NCBI GenBank assembly: GCA_038231135.1
Contig: JBBRLX010000009.1
Location: forward strand, 1-64,000
Origin: Candidatus Eiseniibacteriota bacterium
Lineage (GTDB): Bacteria > Eisenbacteria > RBG-16-71-46
Length of the DNA stretch: 64,000 nucleotides
Reading direction: 5' to 3'
Part shown: in pieces, positions 39,718 to 52,230 of the stretch
How the letters are laid out: each line of letters opens with the position of its first letter
Numbering within the stretch: the stretch's first letter is position 1
Position numbers and translations under genes: made by a program
Notes under the pieces: generated by a model
Databases searched by the model: none
Told to the model about the DNA's origin: nothing
The model's input: only the letters and a program-made list of their open reading frames with translations

Positions 39718-39732
39718 GCAACCGCCATACCA
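39718..39732 (-). promoter_or_regulatory. Sigma54 -24/-12 promoter of the pilin gene
   Basis: Minus strand reads TGGTATGGCGGTTGC (GG-N10-GC, with TTGC at -12), about 58 bp upstream of the start. Confidence 0.7.
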
Positions 39733-39950
39733 CGACTGCGAAGCACCGTCGCTGCAACGAGATGGCCCTAATGACCTGCTGTCGATTTCATGCCTTCCGA
39801 CTTCGATTTCCTGCGGTCGGCAACGCGCCGGATGCAATTTGCCATGAACACCCCGGATGAGTTTCGCGGCACCTGGTTATCGACGCGTTGCCCGGCTGGC
39901 GTGACGGCTCGTTGCCTCGGGCTCGTTCCGGAGCATAGTCTCGGCCCTCC

Positions 39951-40250
39951 ATGGACCGTCCGAAACCATCGATGTTCCTCACCAACCACGCCCTGGTCCT
40001 CATCCAGATCTGGCGGGAACCGGACCTCACGGTCCGGCTGATCGCCGAGCGCGTGGGCATCACCGAGCGCGCCACGTTCAGGATCCTGACCGAGTTGATG
40101 GAACGGGGCTGCGTCGAGCGCAGGCGGGTCGGGCGCAACAACGCGTACCTGGTGCGCGGCAACGTCCCCATGCAGCATCCGCTGTTGGCACGCTACGAGA
40201 TCATCGAGCTGTTGAACGCCCTGGGAGGAGAGCCCGGCATCCCGACGTGA
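39951..40250 (+). CDS. Small winged-helix transcriptional regulator (MarR/AsnC-like)
   Basis: FLTNHALVL...IAERVGITERATFRILTEL...RRRVGRNNAY, an HTH plus wing. Confidence 0.8.
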   Translation: MDRPKPSMFLTNHALVLIQIWREPDLTVRLIAERVGITERATFRILTELMERGCVERRRVGRNNAYLVRGNVPMQHPLLARYEIIELLNALGGEPGIPT

Positions 40251-40341
40251 CCCCATCGACCCCGACCGCTTGCAGCCTTCGCGCGCGGGCAGGCCCCGGG
40301 GAACGATCCCTCGGCGGGCAGACGTCCCGGCACCCCCCACC

Positions 40342-41145
40342 ATGTCCTGGCCATTCGTCGGATTCCTGCTGATCGGTGTGGTCGTGGGCGGCTTCGGCAC
40401 GCTGATCGGCGCCGGCGGCGGGTTCCTGCTGCTGCCGCTCCTGGTGTTCCTCTACCCCCACGACCGCGCGGACGTGCTCACCGCGATTTCGCTCACCGTG
40501 GCGTTCGTCAACGCGCTGTCCGGATCGTTCGCCTATGCCCGCATGCGGCGGATCGACGTGCGCGCGGGCCTGATCTTCGCCGCCGCCGGCGTCCCGGGCG
40601 CCATCGCCGGGGCGCGCGTCACATCACTCCTCGACCGGCGGTCGTTCGACCCGCTGCTGGGCGCGATGCTGGTGCTCGCGGGAGCGGTCCTGTTCGTGCA
40701 ATCGTCGCGCGCGACCCCGCCCGAAACCTCGACCGGCACGCGCACGCTGATCGAAACCGACGGCACGCGGCATTCCTATACCCCGCGCATCGCGCTCGGC
40801 GCCGTGCTGAGCCTGGGCGTCGGATTCCTGTCCAGCCTGCTCGGCATCGGCGGCGGCATCGTGCACGTGCCGCTGATGGCGTATGCGCTGGGCTTTCCGG
40901 TCCACGTGGCGACCGCGACCTCGCATTTCGTGCTCGCGATCGTGGTGCTCGCGGGAGTGCTGGTGCACGCGGGAAACGGGTCCCTGGGTCCGGCGGTGGG
41001 CCGCATCGTCCCGCTGGCGATCGGCGCGTTCGCGGGCGCGCAGGGCGGCGCCAGGCTGTCGTCGCGCGTGCCGGGAACGTGGATCGTGCGCGCGCTGGCG
41101 CTCGCGCTGGCTTCGGTGGGGTTGCGGCTGCTGGTGTTCCGCTGA
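40342..41145 (+). CDS. TauE/SafE-family (TSUP) exporter
   Basis: Duplicated GTLIGAGGG and SSLLGIGGG motifs, ATATSHF, about 8 TM segments. Confidence 0.88.
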   Translation: MSWPFVGFLLIGVVVGGFGTLIGAGGGFLLLPLLVFLYPHDRADVLTAISLTVAFVNALSGSFAYARMRRIDVRAGLIFAAAGVPGAIAGARVTSLLDRRSFDPLLGAMLVLAGAVLFVQSSRATPPETSTGTRTLIETDGTRHSYTPRIALGAVLSLGVGFLSSLLGIGGGIVHVPLMAYALGFPVHVATATSHFVLAIVVLAGVLVHAGNGSLGPAVGRIVPLAIGAFAGAQGGARLSSRVPGTWIVRALALALASVGLRLLVFR

Positions 41146-41156
41146 GCCCTGGCGGT

Positions 41157-41414
41157 CTATCCGACCGCGTCCGCGAGCACCGTGGCCTGATTGTGACTCA
41201 CCTCGAAGAACCCGCCGGTCAGCGCGAGCTTCGACTCGATGCCGTCCGCCGTGCGCATCGTGAGGGTGCCCGGCGCAAGCGCGGTGACGAGCGCGGCATG
41301 GTTCGCGAGCACGCCCAGGTAGCCTTCGGTGCCGGGCACCTGGACGTACTCCACCGCACCCTCGAACACCGGCTTCTCGGGCGTCAGGATCGACAGCGTG
41401 AACGTGTGCGCCAC
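41157..41414 (-). CDS. atpC: F1 ATP synthase epsilon subunit (short form)
   Basis: LSILTPE, GYLGVLANHA and GGFFEV. 85 aa with no C-terminal helical hairpin. Confidence 0.92.
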   Translation of the reverse strand: MAHTFTLSILTPEKPVFEGAVEYVQVPGTEGYLGVLANHAALVTALAPGTLTMRTADGIESKLALTGGFFEVSHNQATVLADAVG

Positions 41415-43686
<2,272 letters not shown>

Positions 43687-43758
43687 GTGGATTCCCCGGC
43701 TGCCCTGCGAACCCAGCCGCGCGGCGCCGCGTCGTGCGGCGGCGCGCCCGGACGGGTC

Positions 43759-45267
<1,509 letters not shown>

Positions 45268-45369
45268 GATGCGAACCCCGATTGGGTTGAGGACGAAAGC
45301 CTGTCACGTGCGCCCCGTGGGCGCCGCGCCCCGCCCGTCCGCGCGGCGCGGCAGGGCTCGTGAACCGTG

Positions 45370-45915
45370 TCATACCGCCACCGCCAGCAACCGCTCCTCG
45401 AGCGCCTCGAGCAGGCTCTTCACCGACCGGTCGACCACGCGGTCGCCGATCCGGACCAGCGCGCCGCCGATCAGCGACGCGTCGACCGCGCTCGTGAGCA
45501 CGATCTTCCCGTGGGTGCTGCGCTCGAGCTGCGCCTGGATGCGCGCCAGTTCCCCGGGCGTGAGCGGCACCGCGCTCACCACCTGCGCGCGGCGAATGCC
45601 CTGCTGCCGCTCGACCAGCCGCTCGAACTGCTGCAGCGCGGCCGGGAACTCGCCGAGCCGCTTCTTGCGCAGCAGCAGGTCGACGAACAGCGTCACCGTG
45701 CGCAGCGCCCGGCCCTCCATCACCTGCAACAGCACCTTGCGCTTGTCCGCCAGCAGCACCAGCGGCGTCTCGAGCAGCGCGCCCACCCGCGTGCCGGGCG
45801 CGATCATGGCGCCCATGCTCGTCATGTCCGCGAGCGCGGCCACCGTCTCGCCGCGCTTCTCGGTCACGAGGAACAGCGCCTTCGCGTAGCGCGCGGCGAT
45901 GCCGGCATCCTTCAC
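45370..45915 (-). CDS. atpH: F1 ATP synthase delta subunit
   Basis: IAARYAKALF and VDASLIGG...IGDRVVDRSV. GTGA overlap with atpF. Confidence 0.95.
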   Translation of the reverse strand: MKDAGIAARYAKALFLVTEKRGETVAALADMTSMGAMIAPGTRVGALLETPLVLLADKRKVLLQVMEGRALRTVTLFVDLLLRKKRLGEFPAALQQFERLVERQQGIRRAQVVSAVPLTPGELARIQAQLERSTHGKIVLTSAVDASLIGGALVRIGDRVVDRSVKSLLEALEERLLAVAV

Positions 45916-46403
45916 GGCAGCGCCTCCACCTCGTCGATGAACTCACCCACCAGCTTGCGCTGCGCGGCGTCGTCGATCTCCTCGCGCAGGATCTTCTCCG
46001 CGCCCCGCAGCGCCAGCGACACCATCTGCTGCCGGAGCAGCTCCTTGGCCTTCTCGCGCTCGCGCGCGATCTCGTCCTCGGAACGCGCCAGCCGGTCGAG
46101 CGCGTCCTTGTTGGCCTGCGCCTTGATCTCAGCCGATACCCGCTGCCCTTCCGCGACGGCCTCGAGCAGCTTGGCGCGGGCCTGCGCGTCGATGCCGCGC
46201 AGCTCCTGCTCGTAGCGGCTCCTGAGCTGGTCGGCCTCGCCCTGCTTGCGCGCGGCCAGGTCAAACTCGCCCGCGATCTTGCTGCGGCGCGCCTCGAGCG
46301 TGCCCAGTACCCGGCCCCAGGCGAATTTCTTCAGCCCCCACAGCAGGATGAGGAAGCCCAGGATCTGGGTGGCGACCTGGCGGATATCGATCAGATTTCC
46401 CAT
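45912..46403 (-). CDS. atpF: Fo subunit b
   Basis: AAGGAG RBS before ATG 46403. Single N-terminal TM (QILGFLILLWGLKKFAW) followed by a coiled coil. Confidence 0.93.
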   Translation of the reverse strand: MGNLIDIRQVATQILGFLILLWGLKKFAWGRVLGTLEARRSKIAGEFDLAARKQGEADQLRSRYEQELRGIDAQARAKLLEAVAEGQRVSAEIKAQANKDALDRLARSEDEIAREREKAKELLRQQMVSLALRGAEKILREEIDDAAQRKLVGEFIDEVEALP

Positions 46404-46455
46404 GCGCACTCCTTGTCGCGGGTTCGAGGCCCCGCGCCGGCCGGATTCCGCAGCG

Positions 46456-46686
46456 TCAGATCTTGCTGGACAGCAGGAACATGGTAACGAACGCGTAGAT
46501 CGTGAGCGCCTCGGCGAGCGCGGCCACGATGATCATCGCGAGCTGGATCTTGTCCGTGGCTTCCGGCTGGCGGCCGATCGCCTGCATGGCGCCCTGGCCG
46601 ATCAGTCCGAGGCCGACGCCCGAGCCGATCGCGGCGACGCCGATGCCGAGCGGGAGTCCGAGTCCGAGTGCTGCGTGGAAGTCCAT
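46456..46686 (-). CDS. atpE: Fo subunit c (H+-type signature)
   Basis: 76 aa. GSGVGLG, RQPE loop and ALAEALTIY. Lacks the Q...ES/T Na+ signature. Confidence 0.96.
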   Translation of the reverse strand: MDFHAALGLGLPLGIGVAAIGSGVGLGLIGQGAMQAIGRQPEATDKIQLAMIIVAALAEALTIYAFVTMFLLSSKI

Positions 46687-46700
46687 CGTGTTCCTCCTTG

Positions 46701-48059
46701 TTAGTGCGCGGGGTGCGCGTCGCCCTCGTGATGCCCGTGATCGTGCGGCAGCATGAGGAGGATGTAGATCGTGCTGAGAACCATGAACACCAGCGCCTGG
46801 AGCGTGCTGGTGAGCAGCGCCAGCAGCAGGAACGGCAACTGCAACGGCAGGCCGAACGGCAGATGCGACCATGCGAGCGTCGTGACGCCGAGCGACACGA
46901 ACGCCACCAGCAGCATGTCCTCGCCGAAGATGTTGCCGAACAACCGGCACGACAGCGAGATCGGCTTCGCCAGCTCGCCGAGCAGATGGATCGGCAGCAT
47001 CAGCGGCACCAGCAGCCAGCCGGTCAGGTTGCGGGGCTGGCCCATCAGGTGGTCCACGTAGCCGCCGAGGCCGAGGCCGCGGATGCCGACGTACTGGACG
47101 TAGAGGAACACCACGATCGCGAGCGAGAACGTGACGTTGAGGCTCGAGGTCGGCGAATCCATGAACGGGATCAGGCCGAACAGGTTCATGGCCCAGATGT
47201 AGATGCCGAGCGTGCCGAGGAACGGCACGAATCGCGCCGCGTGACGATCGCCGATGATGCCTTCGATGAAGTTGTAGAGGAATTCGACGAGCATCTCGAC
47301 CAGGTTCTGCAGCGGTCCCGGGATCATCTGCGGGTTGCGCGTCGCGAAGAACGCGGCCGCGATCAGCAGCAGCCCCACGATCCACGCGAAGATCACGGCC
47401 TCGTTCTCGTGCATTAGGTGCGCCCAGCCCGCGTGCGGGTTGCCGCGCGCGATGACCGTGATGAAGTTGGGGAACTTCTGGGGCCCGCTGTCCTCGCCGG
47501 ATCCGGCCTCGGACCTGGCCGGCGCCTCGCCGGCGACGTGGTCCGCCTGGGGCGGCGCGGCCGCGTGGCGCGACACCGCCGCGTTCGCGGCCGGCGCCGG
47601 CTGCAGCGAGCCCGGCACCACCCACCACGCGGCGACGACAAACGTGGCGACGACCAGTGTCGCGCGCCACGGGCTGGCGGTCACCCAGCGCCACGCCGCG
47701 GACTCGAGCAGCAGCAGCGACGCGGCCTTGAGCACCAGCACCGCGAACGGCACGAGGAACCCGCCGAGCAGCCACATCGGCGGCAGCGCGGTCAGCAGCA
47801 TGCCGCCGGCGCCGAACAGCGCCAGCATGCCGCCGAACGCAAGGCTCGCGCGCCGGAGCGCGGGCCGCGTGCCGCGATCGGGGCTGGTGATCGCGACCAC
47901 CAGCCGTTCGAGCAGCGCGAGATTGACCAGCGACCACACGATGCCGAGCGCGAGCCCCAGGCCCGGACGGACTCCGGCATAGGTGGTGACCGTGAGCGCC
48001 GCGAGCAGCCCCAGCCACAGGGTGCTGCGCCGGACACGTCGGAGGAATTCGAGGCCCAT
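46701..48059 (-). CDS. atpB: Fo subunit a with an N-terminal AtpI-like membrane domain (fusion)
   Basis: C-terminal half has PGPLQN, NLFGLIP, PTSSLN, SLSCRLFGNI (essential Arg) and LQALVF. The N-terminal ~150 aa is multi-TM with LALGIVWSLVNLALL, in the same uninterrupted frame. Confidence 0.9.
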   Translation of the reverse strand: MGLEFLRRVRRSTLWLGLLAALTVTTYAGVRPGLGLALGIVWSLVNLALLERLVVAITSPDRGTRPALRRASLAFGGMLALFGAGGMLLTALPPMWLLGGFLVPFAVLVLKAASLLLLESAAWRWVTASPWRATLVVATFVVAAWWVVPGSLQPAPAANAAVSRHAAAPPQADHVAGEAPARSEAGSGEDSGPQKFPNFITVIARGNPHAGWAHLMHENEAVIFAWIVGLLLIAAAFFATRNPQMIPGPLQNLVEMLVEFLYNFIEGIIGDRHAARFVPFLGTLGIYIWAMNLFGLIPFMDSPTSSLNVTFSLAIVVFLYVQYVGIRGLGLGGYVDHLMGQPRNLTGWLLVPLMLPIHLLGELAKPISLSCRLFGNIFGEDMLLVAFVSLGVTTLAWSHLPFGLPLQLPFLLLALLTSTLQALVFMVLSTIYILLMLPHDHGHHEGDAHPAH

Positions 48060-48079
48060 GTCGTGGTCGAGGGCCGCGC

Positions 48080-48340
48080 CTAGCGGGGCCTCGTGCGCTC
48101 CTGTTCCGCTTCGTCCTGATAGCGGCGGTAGATGAGGAAGGTCTCTCGACCGGCGGCGCCGAAACCCAGGATGAGCCCGAGAATTCCGAACCAGGGAGGG
48201 GTCTTCAGCCACCGATCCAGCGTGTTGCCCAGAAGAAATCCCACCATCGGGGAGACGATGAGCAGCGTTGGAATGGCGAGCAGTAAACCGCCTTTGCGCA
48301 GACCTGAAAACGAATCGTTGGGTTTGCGCGGTGCCGGCAT
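48080..48340 (-). CDS. atpZ: AtpZ/AtpI-family (ATPase gene 1) membrane protein
   Basis: GFLLGNTLDRWLKTPPWFGILGLILGFGAA, two TM segments, first gene of the atp operon. Confidence 0.85.
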   Translation of the reverse strand: MPAPRKPNDSFSGLRKGGLLLAIPTLLIVSPMVGFLLGNTLDRWLKTPPWFGILGLILGFGAAGRETFLIYRRYQDEAEQERTRPR

Positions 48341-48351
48341 GCTGTCCGCCC

Positions 48352-48369
48352 CGGTGAAACTTTTCACAA
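48352..48369 (-). promoter_or_regulatory. Rex-like operator in the atp leader
   Basis: Minus strand reads TTGTGAA-AAGT-TTCACCG versus the Rex consensus TTGTGAA-N4-TTCACAA (12 of 14 specified bases). Confidence 0.55.
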
Positions 48370-48416
48370 GCTCGCGGCTAACTGTTGAAATCAATGCTCT
48401 TGGCGCGAGCGGAAGC

Positions 48417-48445
48417 AATGTAAAGAAACCCGCCCGAGCGGTCAA
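48417..48445 (-). promoter_or_regulatory. Sigma70-type promoter of the atp operon
   Basis: TTGACC-17 bp-TACATT on the minus strand. Confidence 0.65.
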
Positions 48446-48472
48446 GCCGAAACTCGGCTAGGCTGCCCGGCC

Positions 48473-49033
48473 ATGGCCATCGCGGGGCAGTCCCATGTCG
48501 AAATCTATGTGTTCAGGAGGCGTCCGCCCCGGGGCCGCGGGGGCCGCGCGGCGGTGGAATTCCTGTGCCTGCGGCGCACGCCCGACCGGACCCTGGGCGG
48601 GGTCTGGCAGCCGGTCACCGGGAAGCGCCGCCCGGGCGAGCGCGCGGTGCGGGCGGCGGCCCGGGAGCTGGCCGAGGAGACCGGCCTCACGCCGCTCAGG
48701 TTCTGGGCGCTCGAAACGGTCGCCGTCTACTTCGACGCGGCGGCCGACCGGGTTCGCCTGCTGCCGTTGTTCGCCGCCGAGGTCGGCCCGCGGGACCGCG
48801 TGCTGCTCTCCCGAGAGCACGACGCGTTCCGCTTCCTGCCGGCGCCCAGGGCCGCCGCACTCTACCTGTGGGAGGCGCAGCGCCGGGGGCTCGTGGCGGT
48901 CGCACGCGAGATCCTGGCCCGGCCGGCGCTCGCGACGGCGCTCGAGGTGCCGTTCGCGCCCGCGGGACCGCGGGTCAGTTCACGATCGCCCATTTCGCGA
49001 CGCGCGATTCGCCGCCGCGTGACAGCCGGATGA
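48473..49033 (+). CDS. NUDIX hydrolase (NudB-like)
   Basis: WQPVTG...GE...AAARELAEETGL NUDIX box and LSREH. Confidence 0.88.
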   Translation: MAIAGQSHVEIYVFRRRPPRGRGGRAAVEFLCLRRTPDRTLGGVWQPVTGKRRPGERAVRAAARELAEETGLTPLRFWALETVAVYFDAAADRVRLLPLFAAEVGPRDRVLLSREHDAFRFLPAPRAAALYLWEAQRRGLVAVAREILARPALATALEVPFAPAGPRVSSRSPISRRAIRRRVTAG

Positions 49034-51578
49034 AACACAGCCCGGGCGCGGGCCGCCGGTCGAACGGCAGCGGCAGCGTGTGGGTTCCAGCGCCGAGCGC
49101 GCCGACCGCCATCGAGCCCAACCGCCGGCCGCCGGCGTCGAGCACGTCGATCCGCGCGGGCGCCGCGTCCGGCAGCGAGAACGTGACGCGGCCGTCGCCC
49201 ACCGCGGGATTCGGGTGGACGCCCGCGAGCCCGAATCCGAGCAGGCGCGGAATCCGCACCGTGACGTCCGAATCGAACCGGCTGCCGTCCTCGAACGTCA
49301 CCTCGAGCCGATATTCGTAGGTCGCACCCGCCTCGACCGCGCGATCCTCGAACTCCAGCCGATCGCGGCCGAGCAGGCCCGGGGTCCCGAGCCGCAGCCA
49401 GGCTTCGGAGCCGATGCGGCGCTCGACTAGGGCCTGCACCCGCGACGCACCCGGTACGTCCCATCGCAGGTCCACGCGATCCGGCGCGGCGTCCGCCCCC
49501 GCCAGCGACACCAGCACGCCGGTCGTGCGATCGAGATTCAGGACACGCGTGTCGCCGAGGTAGGTCCCGTGGGCGCCATCGAAGCCGCCAAACATCCACA
49601 CCCGCGTATCGGCCGCGTCGTACACCGCGGGCGCCAGCACGCGCGTGCCGAGCGGCGGCCCGGTGGGCGCGAGCTGCCGCCACGCCGGCGCGTCCCCGAT
49701 TGTCAGCTCCCACATGTCGGAAAACGTGTTCCGCAGACCCTGGCCTCCCAGCACCAGCAGGCGGTGATTGGCAGCGTCGATCACACCGGATTGCTGCCAG
49801 CGCGCCTCCGGCGCAGTGCCGCCGGGCGAAATCAGGCTCCACGCGGGCGGGTCGACGGTGAGATCGAGCGACCACACGAAGCTGCTGAGACTGCCGTCGC
49901 TGTTGCCTCCGAACACGATCGCCCGGCGCCGCGCGGCATCGTAGGTCATGGTGAAACCCGACATGGGCGGCGGCGTGAAATCGCCGCCGGGAGCGATCAT
50001 GGACCACGACAGCGGCGACCCGGCCGCGAGCGGCAGCTCCCACAGATCACCCAGCTCACGGGTCACTCCACGGCCGCCGAACAGGATCAGCCGGTCTCCG
50101 ATGGGGTCGTAGATCATGCCGGGGCGCGAACGTGACCCGGGCGTGTCCCCGATGACGAGCGGGCGGGACCAGCCCAGGTCCGGGCTGAACGCCCACACGT
50201 CGGGACTGAACCCTCCGCCCACGGCCAGCATTCGGCTCCGCAACGGATCCCACACCGCCGCGTGCCCGGCGAGCGACGGACCCACGGGGCCCGCGGTGGA
50301 TTTCGTCCACACCGTCGCGCCGGTGGACAGGATCCAGGTCTCGTTCGTGATCGATCGGCTGGCGAGCACGCCGCCGAACAGTATGATCCGGCCTCCGGCC
50401 GAATCGAGCACCGCCGTGGATTCGCGGCGCGGCGCAGGGACCGTCCGCGGCGTGAGGCGGGTCCAGGAGATGGGATTACTCAGGTCGAGGCCCACGGTCA
50501 GGTCGATGTTGCCCGTCGGCGACGCCCCCCCGAACACCACGAGCTGATCCCCCAGATCGTCGTAGCACAACCCGAACGACGAGCATCGCCGGCCTCCGGG
50601 CACGCCGCCGCCGATCTCCGTCCACGATCCCGTACGGAGGTCGAGCTTCCACACGTCGTCGCGGATCTCGCTCGAATCGGCGCCCGACACGCTCGACAAG
50701 CCTCCGAACACCAACGTCGCGCCCCGGCGGCTGTCGTAGGTGGCGCCGGCCTGCCAGCGCCCGTCGGGATGCGGACCATGGACCTCGCGCCACGTCGGCG
50801 TACTCGAGAGATCCAGCGCCCAGGTGTCCTCGAGCAGTCCCGCGATCCCGCCGTTGTGGCCGCTGAACACGACCACCGCGTCGCTGCCGGCGTCGTAGGC
50901 AGCACAGGCAGCGTATCGCGGAGCGGGCGTGGCCCCCGTGGTCTCGAGCCGGCTCCACGCGGGAATCCCGTCCAGTGTGAGTTGCCACACATCGTTCTCG
51001 ATCGATGTCTCCGACTGGCCACCGAACACCAGCATGCGATGGCGGCGCGGATCGAGGATCGCGTCATGCATCCAGCGGGGCGGCGGCGGCGTGCCGGAGG
51101 TGGCGAGCACCGACCATGTGGGACCCAGCCCGGCGAACGACACCACGTCGACGCTGTCGAGCAGGATGCCGTCATGGAGCCCACCGAACAGCAGCAACCG
51201 GTCGGCGGCCGAATCGTAGACCGCCGTGGCCCCGATGCGCGGGACCGGCGGGGTCCCCGTCGCCGTCAATGAGTCCCAGTTGGGAAACGATCCAAACCCG
51301 AGCGACCACAGGTCGATGTGGTTCGCGTCCCCCACCACTACGAACCGATGGCGTCGCGTGTCGTAGGCGCTGGCGAAATTGGCGCGGGCGGGCGCGGAGA
51401 CGCTCGGCGGAATCACCAGCCAGTTGCCGTCGGGAGCGGGAGCCGCCGAGACGACGGCCGGCGGCGCTGCGCACGTGATCGCCAGCGCCGCCGCGGACAG
51501 CGCGGAACGACACCTCGAGCCACGATCGATGCTGCGCATGGGCACACCCGTGCCCTGGAACCACCTGACTGCGGCCAT
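48975..51578 (-). CDS. Secreted Kelch-repeat (beta-propeller) protein with FlgD/T9SS-like CTD
   Basis: AAGGAG RBS, signal peptide, about 12 repeats of P-x-P-R...YD...R(L/M)xxFGG...D(V/T)W, and a C-terminal PNP...GRRL...PGLCFIRL domain. Confidence 0.85.
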   Translation of the reverse strand: MAAVRWFQGTGVPMRSIDRGSRCRSALSAAALAITCAAPPAVVSAAPAPDGNWLVIPPSVSAPARANFASAYDTRRHRFVVVGDANHIDLWSLGFGSFPNWDSLTATGTPPVPRIGATAVYDSAADRLLLFGGLHDGILLDSVDVVSFAGLGPTWSVLATSGTPPPPRWMHDAILDPRRHRMLVFGGQSETSIENDVWQLTLDGIPAWSRLETTGATPAPRYAACAAYDAGSDAVVVFSGHNGGIAGLLEDTWALDLSSTPTWREVHGPHPDGRWQAGATYDSRRGATLVFGGLSSVSGADSSEIRDDVWKLDLRTGSWTEIGGGVPGGRRCSSFGLCYDDLGDQLVVFGGASPTGNIDLTVGLDLSNPISWTRLTPRTVPAPRRESTAVLDSAGGRIILFGGVLASRSITNETWILSTGATVWTKSTAGPVGPSLAGHAAVWDPLRSRMLAVGGGFSPDVWAFSPDLGWSRPLVIGDTPGSRSRPGMIYDPIGDRLILFGGRGVTRELGDLWELPLAAGSPLSWSMIAPGGDFTPPPMSGFTMTYDAARRRAIVFGGNSDGSLSSFVWSLDLTVDPPAWSLISPGGTAPEARWQQSGVIDAANHRLLVLGGQGLRNTFSDMWELTIGDAPAWRQLAPTGPPLGTRVLAPAVYDAADTRVWMFGGFDGAHGTYLGDTRVLNLDRTTGVLVSLAGADAAPDRVDLRWDVPGASRVQALVERRIGSEAWLRLGTPGLLGRDRLEFEDRAVEAGATYEYRLEVTFEDGSRFDSDVTVRIPRLLGFGLAGVHPNPAVGDGRVTFSLPDAAPARIDVLDAGGRRLGSMAVGALGAGTHTLPLPFDRRPAPGLCFIRLSRGGESRVAKWAIVN

Positions 51579-51723
51579 GCGGACTCCTTGCGCGCCCCGC
51601 GTGAATCGCAGGGCAACCCGGCTATTTTGTGCCCGCCCCCCGTCACATACAATGCATTTCCATGCGCCGGTGGGTCATCCATGGCAACCCGGCATGCGCA
51701 GATTCGACTTCCGGAGGTAGCAC

Positions 51724-52230
51724 TTGGCCAGCACCAGCTCGTTCGACGTGACGACCGGCGTGGACTTCATGGAGGTCCACAACGCGGTGGACCAGGCCAC
51801 GAAGGAGATCACCACCCGCTACGATTTCAAGGGTCTCAAGGTGGGGATCGAGCTGAACCAGAAGGACAAGAAGATCGTCCTGACGGCGCCCGACGACTAC
51901 AAGCTCACCGCGATCTGGGACGTGCTGCAGACCAAGATGGCGCGGCGCCAGGTGCCGCTCAAGAACCTGGTGCCGGGCACGGCCGAGCCCGCGGCGTCGA
52001 GCTCGGTGCGGCAGGAGATCGCGATCACCGACGGCCTCACCGCCGACAAGGCCCGCGAGGTGGCGCGCATCATCAAGGACGCGAAGCTCAAGCGTGTGCA
52101 GGCGTCGATCCAGGGCGACACGGTGCGCGTGTCGTCGCCGAGCAAGGACGATCTGCAGGGCGTGATGGCGCTGCTGAAACAGCAGGACCTGGAAGTGGAG
52201 CTCAAGTTCGGGAACTTCCGCTCGAACTAG
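51724..52230 (+). CDS. yajQ: YajQ-family nucleotide/c-di-GMP-binding protein
   Basis: GGAGG RBS and TTG start. SFDV, NAVDQA...RYDFKG, VQASIQGDTVRV...KDDLQ and FGNFR. Confidence 0.95.
   Translation: MASTSSFDVTTGVDFMEVHNAVDQATKEITTRYDFKGLKVGIELNQKDKKIVLTAPDDYKLTAIWDVLQTKMARRQVPLKNLVPGTAEPAASSSVRQEIAITDGLTADKAREVARIIKDAKLKRVQASIQGDTVRVSSPSKDDLQGVMALLKQQDLEVELKFGNFRSN

Noticed and set aside
46456..46686. Na+-translocating or N-type ATPase
   Set aside because: The c subunit lacks the Q and ES/T Na+ ligands, atpH is present, and the gene order is the canonical F-type.
48975..49033. 59-bp convergent overlap of the NUDIX and Kelch genes
   Set aside because: The NUDIX tail is low-complexity run-on, which is common in high-GC genomes.
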